A stretch of 62,904 bases of DNA, the filler included, from Octopus bimaculoides (lineage: Eukaryota): assembly GCF_001194135.2 (NCBI RefSeq). It is 6 parts of 6 records of this genome, joined end to end, with 100 filler letters (N's around TTAATTAATTAA, not from the genome) between each part and the next. Parts side by side here need not be neighbours in the genome. Positions count along the whole stretch, not along the records: positions 1 to 30,009 come from NC_068988.1; positions 30,110 to 35,331 come from NC_068986.1; positions 35,432 to 44,267 come from NC_068993.1; 3 more parts are not named here. One strand, 5' to 3'. Both the position numbers and the translations under genes were made by a program. How positions within the stretch are numbered: the stretch's first letter is position 1; each line of letters opens with the position of its first letter. The notes under the pieces were generated by a model. That model saw only the letters and a program-made list of their open reading frames with translations, did no database searches and was not told the DNA's origin. Below are positions 26,319 through 38,024 of this stretch, piece by piece.

Positions 26319-27160
26319 TATAGTCGTCACTAAAGTGACGGAGAATGTTATTCAGCACCAGCATTACTAGAAATAAGAGGCAAAAGAAATCTTAGCCACA
26401 TGAGAGCACATTTCTAACGACTGACAAGATCTCTACGGCAAGCAAGATGAAGTCATATCAACGCTGATTTTAAATTTGATTAATCTTCGTCAGTGACCTA
26501 TTAATCTGTCGCCAAGGGCTAAAGAACTTAATTCACCTTGTCAGTCTTGTAGAGAACACCATATGAAACATTGACTGATTCCGAAAATGGTAAAGTGAGA
26601 ATTATAAATTATTAAGGAGGCTATTTGCAATTTACAACTGAAAGGCAACAAGTATAGTCGCGACTAAAGTGAAGGACAGTGCTAGTAAGCATCAGCATTG
26701 CTAGAAATAAGAGTCAAAATAACTATTAGCCACGTGAGAGTACTTTTCTGTTTTGACTCTTATTTCTAGCAATGCTGGTGCTTACTAGTACCCTCCGTCA
26801 CTTTAGTGACGACTATTCTTGTTGCCTTTCGGTTGTAAATTGCGAATGGCCACCTTAATAATTTATAATTCTCACTTCACCATTTTCGGAACAGTCAATG
26901 TTTCCTGTGGCGTTCTTTACAAGAGTGACAAGGTGAGTTAAACTTTTAACCATCGGCGACGGTGTAATGCGTCAGTGACGAAGTTTAAATCAAATCTGAA
27001 ATCATCGATGAAAGGACGCCATTTCGGTTGCCGAAGGGAGGTTGTCTACCTTGTCAGTCGTTAGAAAACGCTGGTGCTAACTAACACCCTGCGTCACTTT
27101 AGTGATGACGACTATATTTGTTGCCTTTCGGTTGTAAATTGTGAATAACCACATTAATAA
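26319..27160. repeat. ~840-bp imperfect foldback built from a ~333-bp repeat unit; fragment of the same family at ~41501-41610
   Basis: Perfect 27-bp inner stem 26693-26719 / 26751-26777 around a 31-nt loop; homology continues outward to tagtcgtcactaaagtgacg (26321) / cgtcactttagtgatgacgacta (~27115). Confidence 0.85.
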
Positions 27161-27303
27161 TAATAATAATAATAATGATATATATATATATATANNNNNN
27201 NNNNNNNNNNNNNNNNNNNNNNNNNNNNNNNNNNNNNNNNNNNNNNNNNNNNNNNNNNNNNNNNNNNNNNNNNNNNNNNNNNNNNNNNNNNNNNNCATAC
27301 TAA

Positions 27304-27344
<41 letters not shown>

Positions 27345-29471
27345 TATATACGATTCTGGTAATCGGTTATTGATAATGTACTGAATAGCGGACGCAAAAT
27401 TTCTTGAGGAATTCAACTTTGCCATTTATCGAATACGGAAAGGAAGAATCTACAGGCCAGTGGTAACGATTTTCAAAGGAACGGCAGAGATAATTTCAAG
27501 AAAGCATGCGCCCTTCTTTTCTGAGTGTCGCACACAATTCTCTTTAGGTTCTTTTTTCCTTCTTTAAAAGCATGAAAAACTTCGGTTTATTAAATGTATT
27601 TTTGGTTACTTTATTCCAGTGCAGTACAACTACACGAATTATCTAAATTCATGCCACGTGTCCCAACCTACCTATTTGTTTTCACTCATACAGTGAATAC
27701 ATTCACACACAAACACTTACAAAAATATACACAAACACAAACATACATATATATGTAAAATTAGACACAAACGATAAGAACACATAACTGACGCCGCGAG
27801 GACAATTTCCTTCATCGGCTCTAAATTCGTGGGATTCTACGTAGTTTCGGTATATTAGGACAGTACTTCATAATCTTATGTGCGCCAAGCGCTCTAAATT
27901 CAGTTTTTAGTCTTTGATGTATAGTGTTTGGGGCATGAATAAATATAATTAAATCATTAGCCACGGAGTCAGACTTTCTTAGGAACAGGATAAAACCGAA
28001 ACACAAATTACATGAAAAAATATAGATATGTAGTGAAGTTAAACGCTAGAGACAGAAAATATAAATAATACACAAGAAGGATATGGTTAAGCCTTAGAGG
28101 CTAAGACAGAAGGAAGTAATAAGGAAAGATTAATATATATAAAAAAGACCATATTGGTATCTTATTAGCGAAATAAAACAACAAAACAAATTATTTGGAA
28201 ACAGTGTAAACGTCTGGCCGTGGAAGAAGACTAAAATATTGGATTCCAGTTCGAAGCAAACGGAAAGAATGGATAGACAGATGAGAGAGCTTTATAATCG
28301 CTCGCTTGGCGAATAATAGCAAAAGAGGAAGAAAAAGGAAGGATTGGAAGCCAGAATGGAATTTTGAAGAGAACGAGATACTACAAAAGAACGTTGACAA
28401 AAAATGGGAGAAGCAGAAGGACAACGGAATAGGGAAGTAGAGAGAGAGCGAGTGAGAGGGAGAGAGAGAGAAAGAGACAGAGAAAAAGAGACAGAGAGAA
28501 CGAAAGAGAGAGGGAGAGAGAGAAGGAAAAAAGTGAGAAAGAAAAAGAGGGGTAGAAAGAGTATGAAAGTGAGAGAAAGAATGAGAAAGAAGTAAAATGA
28601 CACTGTACATACACACACACACACACACACACNNNNNNNNNNNNNNNNNNNNNNNNNNNNNNNNNNNNNNNNNNNNNNNNNNNNNNNNNNNNNNNNNNNN
28701 NNNNNNNNNNNNNNNNNNNNNNNNNNNNNNNNNNNNNNNNNNNNNNNNNNNNNNNNNNNNNNNNNNNNNNNNNNNNNNNNNNNNNNNNNNNNNNNNNNNN
28801 NNNNNNNNNNNNNNNNNNNNNNNNNNNNNNNNNNNNNNNNNNNNNNNNNNNNNNNNNNNNNNNNNNNNNNNNNNNNNNNNNNNNNNNNNNNNNNNNNNNN
28901 NNNNNNNNNNNNNNNNNNNNNNNNNNNNNNNNNNNNNNNNNNNNNNNNNNNNNNNNNNNNNNNNNNNNNNNNNNNNNNNNNNNNNNNNNNNNNNNNNNNN
29001 NNNNNNNNNNNNNNNNNNNNNNNNNNNNNNNNNNNNNNNNNNNNNNNNNNNNNNNNNNNNNNNNNNNNNNNNNNNNNNNNNNNNNNNNNNNNNNNNNNNN
29101 NNNNNNNNNNNNNNNNNNNNNNNNNNNNNNNNNNNNNNNNNNNNNNNNNNNNNNNNNNNNNNNNNNNNNNNNNNNNNNNNNNNNNNNNNNNNNNNNNNNN
29201 NNNNNNNNNNNNNNNNNNNNNNNNNNNNNNNNNNNNNNNNNNNNNNNNNNNNNNCTGTCTGTCTGTTTGTCTCTCTCTCTCTCTCTCTATCTGTCTATCT
29301 ATCTATCTATCTATCTGTCCATCTATATTTGTATTTGTCTTTCCCTTTCACTCTCTCTTTACCTGCCTGTCTGTCGATCAGTCTGTTTGTTTTCGTTGTC
29401 TATGAGACTGTCCGTCCGTTTGTCCATCTCCACCCCCTCTCTCTCCCTCTCTCTCTCTTTCCCACTATCTG

Positions 29472-29563
<92 letters not shown>

Positions 29564-30109
29564 ATTAAAGGCAGTTATAACAAATAAATAAATTATGCGA
29601 TCAGATTTTAATCATAAAACCTAGATCGATTAAATGTGTCCGTCATAATATAAATTATCTACGTAAACAAATTCAGGCCTCGCCGCCTCCACCACTATTC
29701 GAGTTACTCCTATCACTTCCCCCAGCATTCGCCCCACAACCATCAGTATGATAACGATGACCCACCACCAGTACCTACCACGACTATCACAGTTACCACC
29801 ACCTCCACCACCACCACCACCACCACGTACAGCACAGAATCCACGGAGTCTGTTGCTGAAAAATAATGTAATTAAGTGTGGAATGCGGTTTTGAAACTAA
29901 TAAACCACCACGACTACGACTGCTGCCACCACAACCACTGCTGCCACCCCTGCCACTGCTCCCACCCCTGCCACTGCTGCCACCACAACCACTGCTGCCA
30001 CCCCTGCCANNNNNNNNNNNNNNNNNNNNNNNNNNNNNNNNNNNNNNNNNNNNTTAATTAATTAANNNNNNNNNNNNNNNNNNNNNNNNNNNNNNNNNNN
30101 NNNNNNNNN

Positions 30110-30147
<38 letters not shown>

Positions 30148-30326
30148 GTATTTTGACAATTTTTCTATATGTGACAGTGGATTTTCATCGATGAGTTCAT
30201 GAACCTTGGTTCTTTTCCCTAAAACGATATATTTATATATATTTTACTCTGTGAAACTTAATTTAATTTTAATTTTTAATAAATTGATTTTAATTGAGAT
30301 TTTACCTGTAATCTTGGATTTTATCC

Positions 30327-30371
<45 letters not shown>

Positions 30372-30383
30372 ATGTACGTACGC

Positions 30384-30427
<44 letters not shown>

Positions 30428-30557
30428 ATAAAATAGCTCTGCTATACATAAACAATAAAAGTATAAATTTATCTTATATTTTTGGCTCTGTAATGTTTGT
30501 TCTCGACAATAAATATGTATATATATATATATTGTTTCCCCTGTATCCTTTCCACAG

Positions 30558-30725
30558 ATGTTATTCACTTTATCTGTCGTGAGCGACAGTGGCCCAGTGT
30601 ACGGAACTTATCAATACCCGTCGTGGTCTATCGGAATTGGTTGGATTATAGTGTGTTCTTCTTTAATATGCATTCCGCTTTATGTAATATATAAATTCTT
30701 CACATTGGAAGGATCAGTGTGTGAG
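30558..30725 (+). CDS. SLC6A4: Penultimate coding exon of an SLC6 neurotransmitter:sodium symporter (end of TM11, extracellular loop, TM12, start of C-tail); serotonin-transporter-like (subfamily tentative)
   Basis: Polypyrimidine tract + ttccacAG acceptor ending 30557; GAG|GTAAGT donor starting 30726; 168 nt, phase 0/0. Translation MLFTLSVVSDSGPVYGTYQYPSWSIGIGWIIVCSSLICIPLYVIYKFFTLEGSVCE fits the SLC6 YxYPxW..lGW....SS..CIP pattern. CSSLICIPLYVIYKF is closest to SERT TM12 as I recall it (fly CSSVLCIPMYIIYKF, human TSSFICIPTYIAYRL). Family is confident; SERT orthology about 0.65. Confidence 0.9.
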
Positions 30726-33700
30726 GTAAGTATAAATCATTTACAACTTCTATTTCAACATCTATGCAGCCCTAATTGACGCTAGCTATGTGTTTTCGAT
30801 ACGAGCCGTATCATGCCGTTAAGACGAATCGCTTGACAATGACGTGACTCTGGCTTTGATCTTTACTTGGTATTAAAGTGCCTGCTCGCATGATATCGGT
30901 GTCTGCTGAAGCCGTGTCACTGAGTTTCTAAGCTGATGGACTCGTTCTTGATTCGTCGCCTTTATAGGATTTCATTCTGTTGCAAGTATTTATATAAAAC
31001 CTCCCGTCTAAAGATAGCCGAAAGCTCAAGAATCGGAGAGATTTGCTTGCAGAAGTTCATAGGAGATGATCTTATTCTGACTATGCCATTAAAACAATGT
31101 TTGTCTCAAACTTTATGTTCCAGGGCTTACCTTCAATATGAGCAGGACTGATGGTTCTGAAAATTCTCGGTCTCCTTCCTTGTGTATTTCAAGACGATGC
31201 CATATCGGAAGAGAACGAAGCCCTCGTCAATTTAACAGCAGTGTCCTTGTTTACGGGAATGTTACACACAGCGCATACAAACACAAACACTCTGACACAC
31301 ACATAATGTATGCAAGCATGTATGCACGTAGGCATGTATGTATGTGTGCATGTATGCGTCTATGTATGTGTGTATGCGTGTGCGCACATTGGTGTGTTTT
31401 ATGCAATGTATTTATGCAACTGATGATATGTAAGTGCAGTTATGCGGGATGTAAATGACGAGTTTGCATATGGACAAATAATAACAAGCAGCCTGGTAGA
31501 TGCGTGAAAATAACTGTTGACTGAAGCCTTTAAGCACGTAGACATTTTGCTCTCGTAAAATCACCAACTATCAGCAATTCATCGGTCTTCAACCGGGATT
31601 TAGACTTGAGTGGATCGTAGCCACACTAACACTGGACAATCTGCAGTGGAGATGTGTGGATGATGCCCTTGCACTGACCCATTCTTGAGGCTGAGTCGTA
31701 AAAATTCACCAAGCCTTTAACGCTGTCCGCAAAACATTAAGTTTGATTGTACAGACAAGAAGGCAATATTTCGAACGCAGTATAGCCGTGAAAATCGAAG
31801 AAAGATTGGGTATTGTTACCCTTATAAGATGGAAAAAAATTGTCACGGGACTTTCTGTTGTTTTCACGGCTGTACAATACGAAACACATTCCACGCTTCT
31901 AAAAACAAAATAAAAGTTTATGTACATGCATTGTTGTTGCATTAAGTTTGATATTAAATATCCAACAACGTTTCATTGTTCGATCTCATTGCTTCATTCC
32001 ATTTACGTTGCACTCAAATCCAGTCATATTTGATGGAGAAGAAGAAAGCCGGATTTCTTCACCCTGATTCCGCACACTTTAATAGCATGACATACTGTAT
32101 AGCAATGAACAAACTCCTGTCACATGGTTAGATGTGATTAGACTGTGCAGACAAGTTCTCTACGAAGTTTCGCTTGCATGTTGTCTGCTAGAAATTATGG
32201 ATCATAATATTTGAAGCGTTTGTGTGCCACAGGGAGCAAACAAACAAGCAGATCATGCGATACTAATACCATTCAGAGACTAGTGAACTGCCAGTACTAC
32301 GTAAATAGTAGCAGAGAAAAAAGAGAAAAATACAAAGGTGAAATTAATGATAAAGATTGTATATAGTCAGCAGATGAGATCCAGAGATTATCAGTATAGG
32401 AGACACATTGGGAAAATGATTCAAATTTAAACTCCGATGTCTTTAGGAGAGATCAATTTCACTGATAAACAATGGCTGTAAGAGGGATCAAATTTAGGAG
32501 GTATCGAGGCTAATATATTTAATTTGTTTGTCTGCATAATTGCCTATATATATATATATATNNNNNNNNNNNNNNNNNNNNNNNNNNNNNNNNNNNNNNN
32601 NNNNNNNNNNNNNNNNNNNNNNNNNNNNNNNNNNNNNNNNNNNNNNNNNNNNNNNNNNNNNNNNNNNNNNNNNNNNNNNNNNNNNNTAAGGCACTAAAAG
32701 AGAATGACTCTCCCCAGACACATCTCTCTCTTCTATCTTTTCTCTTGACAAAGAAAATATTTCTCCAGCGTTCGCTGTTTTACCCTCGTTCTAGTCTAAC
32801 AACCCTCCATGTTTGTTTTCGTTCGGTTTCCTTGTATGTCTCCACTGTGCTGTTTCATCTTGATAGATGATAGCTGTCCCTTCAACATACATACCACACC
32901 CCATTACATTGCACAATCCATCCGTTGACGAGCCCTCAGATGACTTTTAAGACCAGCTACTGACTGACAAGGTTTAAAACAGATATTCAAATTTCTTCTA
33001 CATCTTTACCCTTTGGAATTCGATTTTGAAAAGAATGTTTTTGTGAGCTAGCATGTCTTTTAAGTCCAGGCTTACAAGTTTTGTGACATATGACACAAGA
33101 CGTAAGAAGCAGTTCTGGTTCAAGATCGTTACCTACCTGGGCATTTCGATTTTCATGACTTCATATGATTCACGTATCCTGCTTTTGACAATAGTACACG
33201 ATCACACACACGCGCGCGCGCGCATTCTACACGTATGTACCAAATAACATACTGTTAGCTATTGTTTCGTTGGTTGTGCATTTCTACGGGAAGGGAGAGA
33301 ATAGCCTTGTCAAATGTAATTGTATAATAATTTTCATTTCTTTTTTCGTTAGTGAAATAAGTTTGAGTTTCATGGAATGCAGTGTATCATATACACTTTA
33401 TGCATTTATTTAATTCATTTTCCTTTCTTGATTTAACTAAAAATCCTCAATACTTGTATTTAGCAGCGATTTCGATTGGGCTGAATATCTCCAGTACAAA
33501 GTAATTGAGTTTATTAATTACATTATATTATTTCAATGTGGAATGGGAGAGGAAAATTATAAAAAGTATCTTATTACGTCTCTCGATTTGATGTAATTTT
33601 GATACATTCAAATTTACATGGCATTTCGTTAAACTATGTATTTATTGTACTTAAGAAATATGCGCACTCACACGCAAACAAAAACACTACAAACACACAC

Positions 33701-33825
33701 ACATCACGATATATATATATACATACACATATACATATAAACACCACACATTTACATATACATATATATAATGCCCATGATTTTATGTGTCAAATGTGTC
33801 AATATTTTTTTAATAATTTTTGCAG

Positions 33826-33903
33826 AGACTTAGGAAAATGATTCAACCGTCGGAGCTTCCAAAGCACGTGCAGCGACAAGAGGCCGAACCGATCTTTCTA
33901 TGA
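33826..33903 (+). CDS. SLC6A4: Terminal coding exon of the same SLC6 (SERT-like) gene: RLRKMIQPSELPKHVQRQEAEPIFL*
   Basis: T-rich tract + ttttgcAG acceptor ending 33825; phase 0, in frame with the previous exon, giving the typical SLC6 G-x-x-x-E-R-L-x(4)-P C-tail; TGA at 33901-33903. Confidence 0.82.
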   Translation, partial: RLRKMIQPSELPKHVQRQEAEPIFL

Positions 33904-35274
33904 GTGAATGGCCGCATCAATGTTCCATGTAAATTCCTATTTCGGTGACTGTCATCCAAAGAAGAGGAAAGAGAGTGAATCTAGAAGTGAGGAAACAGTT
34001 AGACGTCTGTGTCAAATTTGCACTGAGAGGGGAATCTATCTTTCTTCCCTTTTCTCCTTTTTCACAATTATGTGACTTAGTCTACGATGAAGACACAGAA
34101 AAGCTAATCAGTTCGACCTCTCAGCTATTGGGTTTTCTAACCTCTCTTACCTTTTGACTATATATTTGTTTTCGTATTCTATATTTTAATTTTTTTTCCT
34201 ATCTTTTTGTATGTGTCAGTTGAGGTGGAACAAATCCCAGTTGTGTGAAGGAGATGAAATATTTGTTGTTAGTGACTTAAAAACAAACAAATTTTATCTG
34301 TGCTTTATAACGTCTTCTCTCTCCTTTCCGCCCCTTTCTCTCTCTCTCTTTCTCTCTCAAATACATTCGATATACCGTACTAAACAATATAGGTGCCGAA
34401 TTACTCTCATCTCTAGCCTCGTTGTCGCGAGAATTAAAATAACGTCGTTATACATAGATTGAAGGACCGATTCTATTTCTTCTTGTGCTTGTTCTAGATC
34501 TTGCTTTATCTTCTTGATCTTTTCCTCCTCTATCATTATTTCAGCATTAACTGAATAAAGTACCAGTTAAATACAGGACTCAGTATAATGGCCTCTAGTG
34601 TCTATGATTGAAGTTATTATTTCATCATTGACTTTACAAGTTCCAATTCTCTTTTTGCCAATTGTCTTTTAGCTTTTCTCATTTTTTAAAAACTGCTTAA
34701 TTATTTTCTTCAATTTCTTTACTTTCTTTCTCCCTAGTTAACTTCTTAAATATTCTCTTCCTTTTGGTATTCATTTCATCACTATGTTTAACTTCATCGC
34801 TTTGTTTTATCTCCTGCCTTCATTATCATCTTCTTTCTCTTCGCCCTCCTCTTCTGTCCCCTTCCTTTGTTCATTCTTCTCTTCATTATTAATTCATAAT
34901 TATTTAACAATCTACCCTAAAATATTCTTATTCTGGACATCTTCCTTTCCACTTTTAACCACCTTAATTTTGTTTAATCTTCTTCCATTTCCCCCTCCAC
35001 TTACCTGTAACATCTATTTTGATACTTTTTATTCTTCCGCTATTTTTCTCCGACTGGTTTTTTTCCAGGATCGAACTCCTTTATTTTCTTCCTTCGACTT
35101 TTCCTTACTCTTCTACCAATCAACTTAAAACAGTTGGAGGATCCTCAACTAAGTGAACTCGAGATATTTCAGGGAAGATTCTTGATTATGAGAATAATCG
35201 TTTTATTTTACTGGATTGTCCATTCTTATCTACCTTCACACGTTTTCTAACAGCAGACATACACGTATAAAGAT

Positions 35275-35331
<57 letters not shown>

Positions 35332-35542
35332 NNNNNNNNNNNNNNNNNNNNNNNNNNNNNNNNNNNNNNNNNNNNTTAATTAATTAANNNNNNNNNNNNN
35401 NNNNNNNNNNNNNNNNNNNNNNNNNNNNNNNCATCTACATTCATAAAAAAACAGACAGTGTTGGAACTCTTTTAAACAAAATAATATATTCCTCTATACA
35501 CAATCATACAAAAAAACCACCTTTTTTGTATTTATTTTTACT

Positions 35543-35580
<38 letters not shown>

Positions 35581-35584
<4 letters not shown>

Positions 35585-36033
35585 CAACCCATAAATAATG
35601 CGGTTTTTCATTTGCATGAACTAAAAGTCGGAGGGGAATGGGATAAACTACCTGCATCACTTTGCTATAAAAGCAAGTAGTAATTTTACCTAGTACTTAT
35701 TCTCAGTGCAAGTTTTGATGAGTGCTGTTTGATTTTAACAGTTATTTTTTCAAAGCTATAATGGAACTGACAAGGGAGTATATTAATGCAGTATATGGGG
35801 ATTGGACAATAAGTGTAAGCCAGTGTCGACAGTAGTTCCGGAAATTCTGAGCTGGAAACTATAGGCTAGAAGATGAGCCTCATCCCGGAAGACCTGTAGA
35901 GCTCAACAAAGACATCCTGTAAACCCTGGTGGAACAAAATATCATCGTAACTGTTGGGGAACTAGCAGAGAAGCTTGGATTTGGTCATTCAACCATTCAT
36001 CAACATCTGCATGTCATCTGAAAAGTCAGCAAA
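35581..36033 (+). mobile_element. Mariner relic, left end + transposase N-terminus, 3'-truncated, starting at a (TA)n tract
   Basis: AVYGDWTISVSQCRQ*FRKF*AGNYRLEDEPHPGRPVELNKDIL*TLVEQ..TVGELAEKLGFGHSTIHQHL. Confidence 0.85.
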
Positions 36034-36062
36034 TATATTTATATATACGTGTATATAATATA

Positions 36063-36276
36063 TAAGAAACACACAAAAACTGTTAGATTTACTTCAACAT
36101 TTAAATTTAATTTGCCAAAATATCTTCGTCACTTTGAGACCGTGACCTGTTCACTGACAAAATTCTTTGCTGCACGGAATTTTGTCAGTGAACAGGTTGC
36201 GGTCTCAAAGCGATGAAAATATTTTGGCAAATTAAATTTAAATGTTGAAGTGAATCTAAAGGTTGAGTGTTTCTTA
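36063..36276. repeat. 214-bp near-perfect hairpin (about 100-bp arms, 11-nt loop), probably part of a non-autonomous DNA element extending to ~36380
   Basis: taagaaac..ttagatttacttcaacatttaaatttaatttgccaaaata..tttgagaccgtgacctgttcactgacaaaattc / gaattttgtcagtgaacaggttgcggtctcaaag..tattttggcaaattaaatttaaatgttgaagtgaatctaa..gtttctta. Confidence 0.9.
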
Positions 36277-37367
36277 AATGGCTTATAAACACCTTCCACG
36301 CTGCAATTGTTTTTGTTCCCGCACACGATCTAAGATCAGGTCACTTGCTATGCAAGTACATCTCCGTAATATATAATATTTATGTATATAAAATTTAGAT
36401 TCAAGATGAATATGGTACTTAAGTTTAGGCACCAGAATTACGTATGGTATTATCCAAACAATTCCAAAATAAGGTGATAAAAATCAATATAAGCAACAAA
36501 GATATTAAAGGTTTATGCAGTACGATCGTTTCATGTGACTCCATTTATTTAAGCAATGTCAGCATTACATTAAATGTAAAATGCAGAGCAATCTGCTGCA
36601 CAAAGATACAGAAAATTTACTGAAATTTCATTTCAGTAGAAGGACAAATTATTGTAATTAAACACTCCAAGTGGGAAGGAAGAATACAAAAAATCATTTT
36701 GACTTAGCCAGGTCATACAGGCTAGTAATTAATTCCAAGCAAATTTTAACTGTCACTGATTTTATTTGCTTTTTTTTTTGTTTCATTTTATCAGACCTAG
36801 TGATTCAAAGCTTAAGAGGAGACAAGCCTTTTCCCTATAAGGAAAGGGAAGGGGTAAACAATATACATGGATATGGTTATAAAGATTCTTTTGGTTTTAG
36901 TGACACACTATTGTAGGTTGGGGGGTTTTCACTACTAGCAGACCAGATCTATATATATATATATATATAATTTATAATAATATAAATAATATATAGATAT
37001 ATGCATATATCCATACATATATGTACATACCTACATTTATATATATACATACATGCATATATGGGTACAGGACACCAAAAAAACCATTAAAAACAATGAG
37101 AAACGAAAACATAAAAATGAAAACAGAAAACGAACTTTTTTCGAATGACGAAAAGAAACAGAGAAACGAGACATGCAACATAAAGAGTACATCCTGTCGT
37201 CAGTTGTCCCTATATAATTTATATATACATATATATGCATATACATACATATATGTACACATATATATACATATACATACATATATATATATATACATAT
37301 ATGTATATATACATATATATATATACACATATATAATATATATATATGTATATATAATATATATATG

Positions 37368-37432
<65 letters not shown>

Positions 37433-37445
37433 ATATATAAATTGT

Positions 37446-37978
37446 TGTAGTGGAAATGGTACTCATCTTCCTATGTGACAAAGTGGTATGATAAAATCAC
37501 TATGAAGTTAGAGAGTCAGTTGTTGTAGGATGTCAGTAGTAGTAGAGTCGTTGAAGGAGTTCTCAGTTGGAGTCAGTGTCAGTTACGTGATATATACAAG
37601 TTCGAGTTAATGCCAAGGTAGATGTTTCAAAGTCATGGTCTTGTGAAGCTATCAGTGATAGCACGATAGACGAATCAAAGATAATAAGACACAGAATACT
37701 GCCACAACAATACTGGCAACACGAATATTACAGTACCAACAATAACATAGAGGTGGACGAGGATCCACATTATAACAGTGGTGACAAGGCTGTAAACAAT
37801 TCATGCAAACAACGTTGAAAAAGATCTATTTTGACAAGAAAATAAGCAATTCATGCAGACGACATTGAAAAACCTATCACATGGAGAAATTAAAAACTCA
37901 ACAGAGGAGTAACAAACATTTTTGTTGTAACAGGTTACTTGCTATGCAAGTACATCTCTGTAATATATAATATATATA

Positions 37979-38024
<46 letters not shown>

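Noticed and set aside
30054-30065. TTAATTAATTAA islands centred in N runs (also 35376, 44312, 56061, 60113)
   Set aside because: Identical 12-mer flanked by Ns on both sides five times: a scaffolding/linker artefact, not genomic sequence.
31780-31876. Short inverted repeat gta.agccgtgaaaa / ttttcacggct.tac in the last intron
   Set aside because: Only ~15 bp with a mismatch and no TSD; too weak to call.
32411-32424. GGAAAATGATTCAA identical to 14 nt of the terminal SLC6 exon
   Set aside because: No flanking similarity, no in-frame acceptor; probably chance in AT-rich DNA.
34554-34559. AATAAA as the SLC6 polyadenylation signal
   Set aside because: It lies in an ataaagtaccagtt remnant resembling the SINE B core; cannot be assigned without transcript data.
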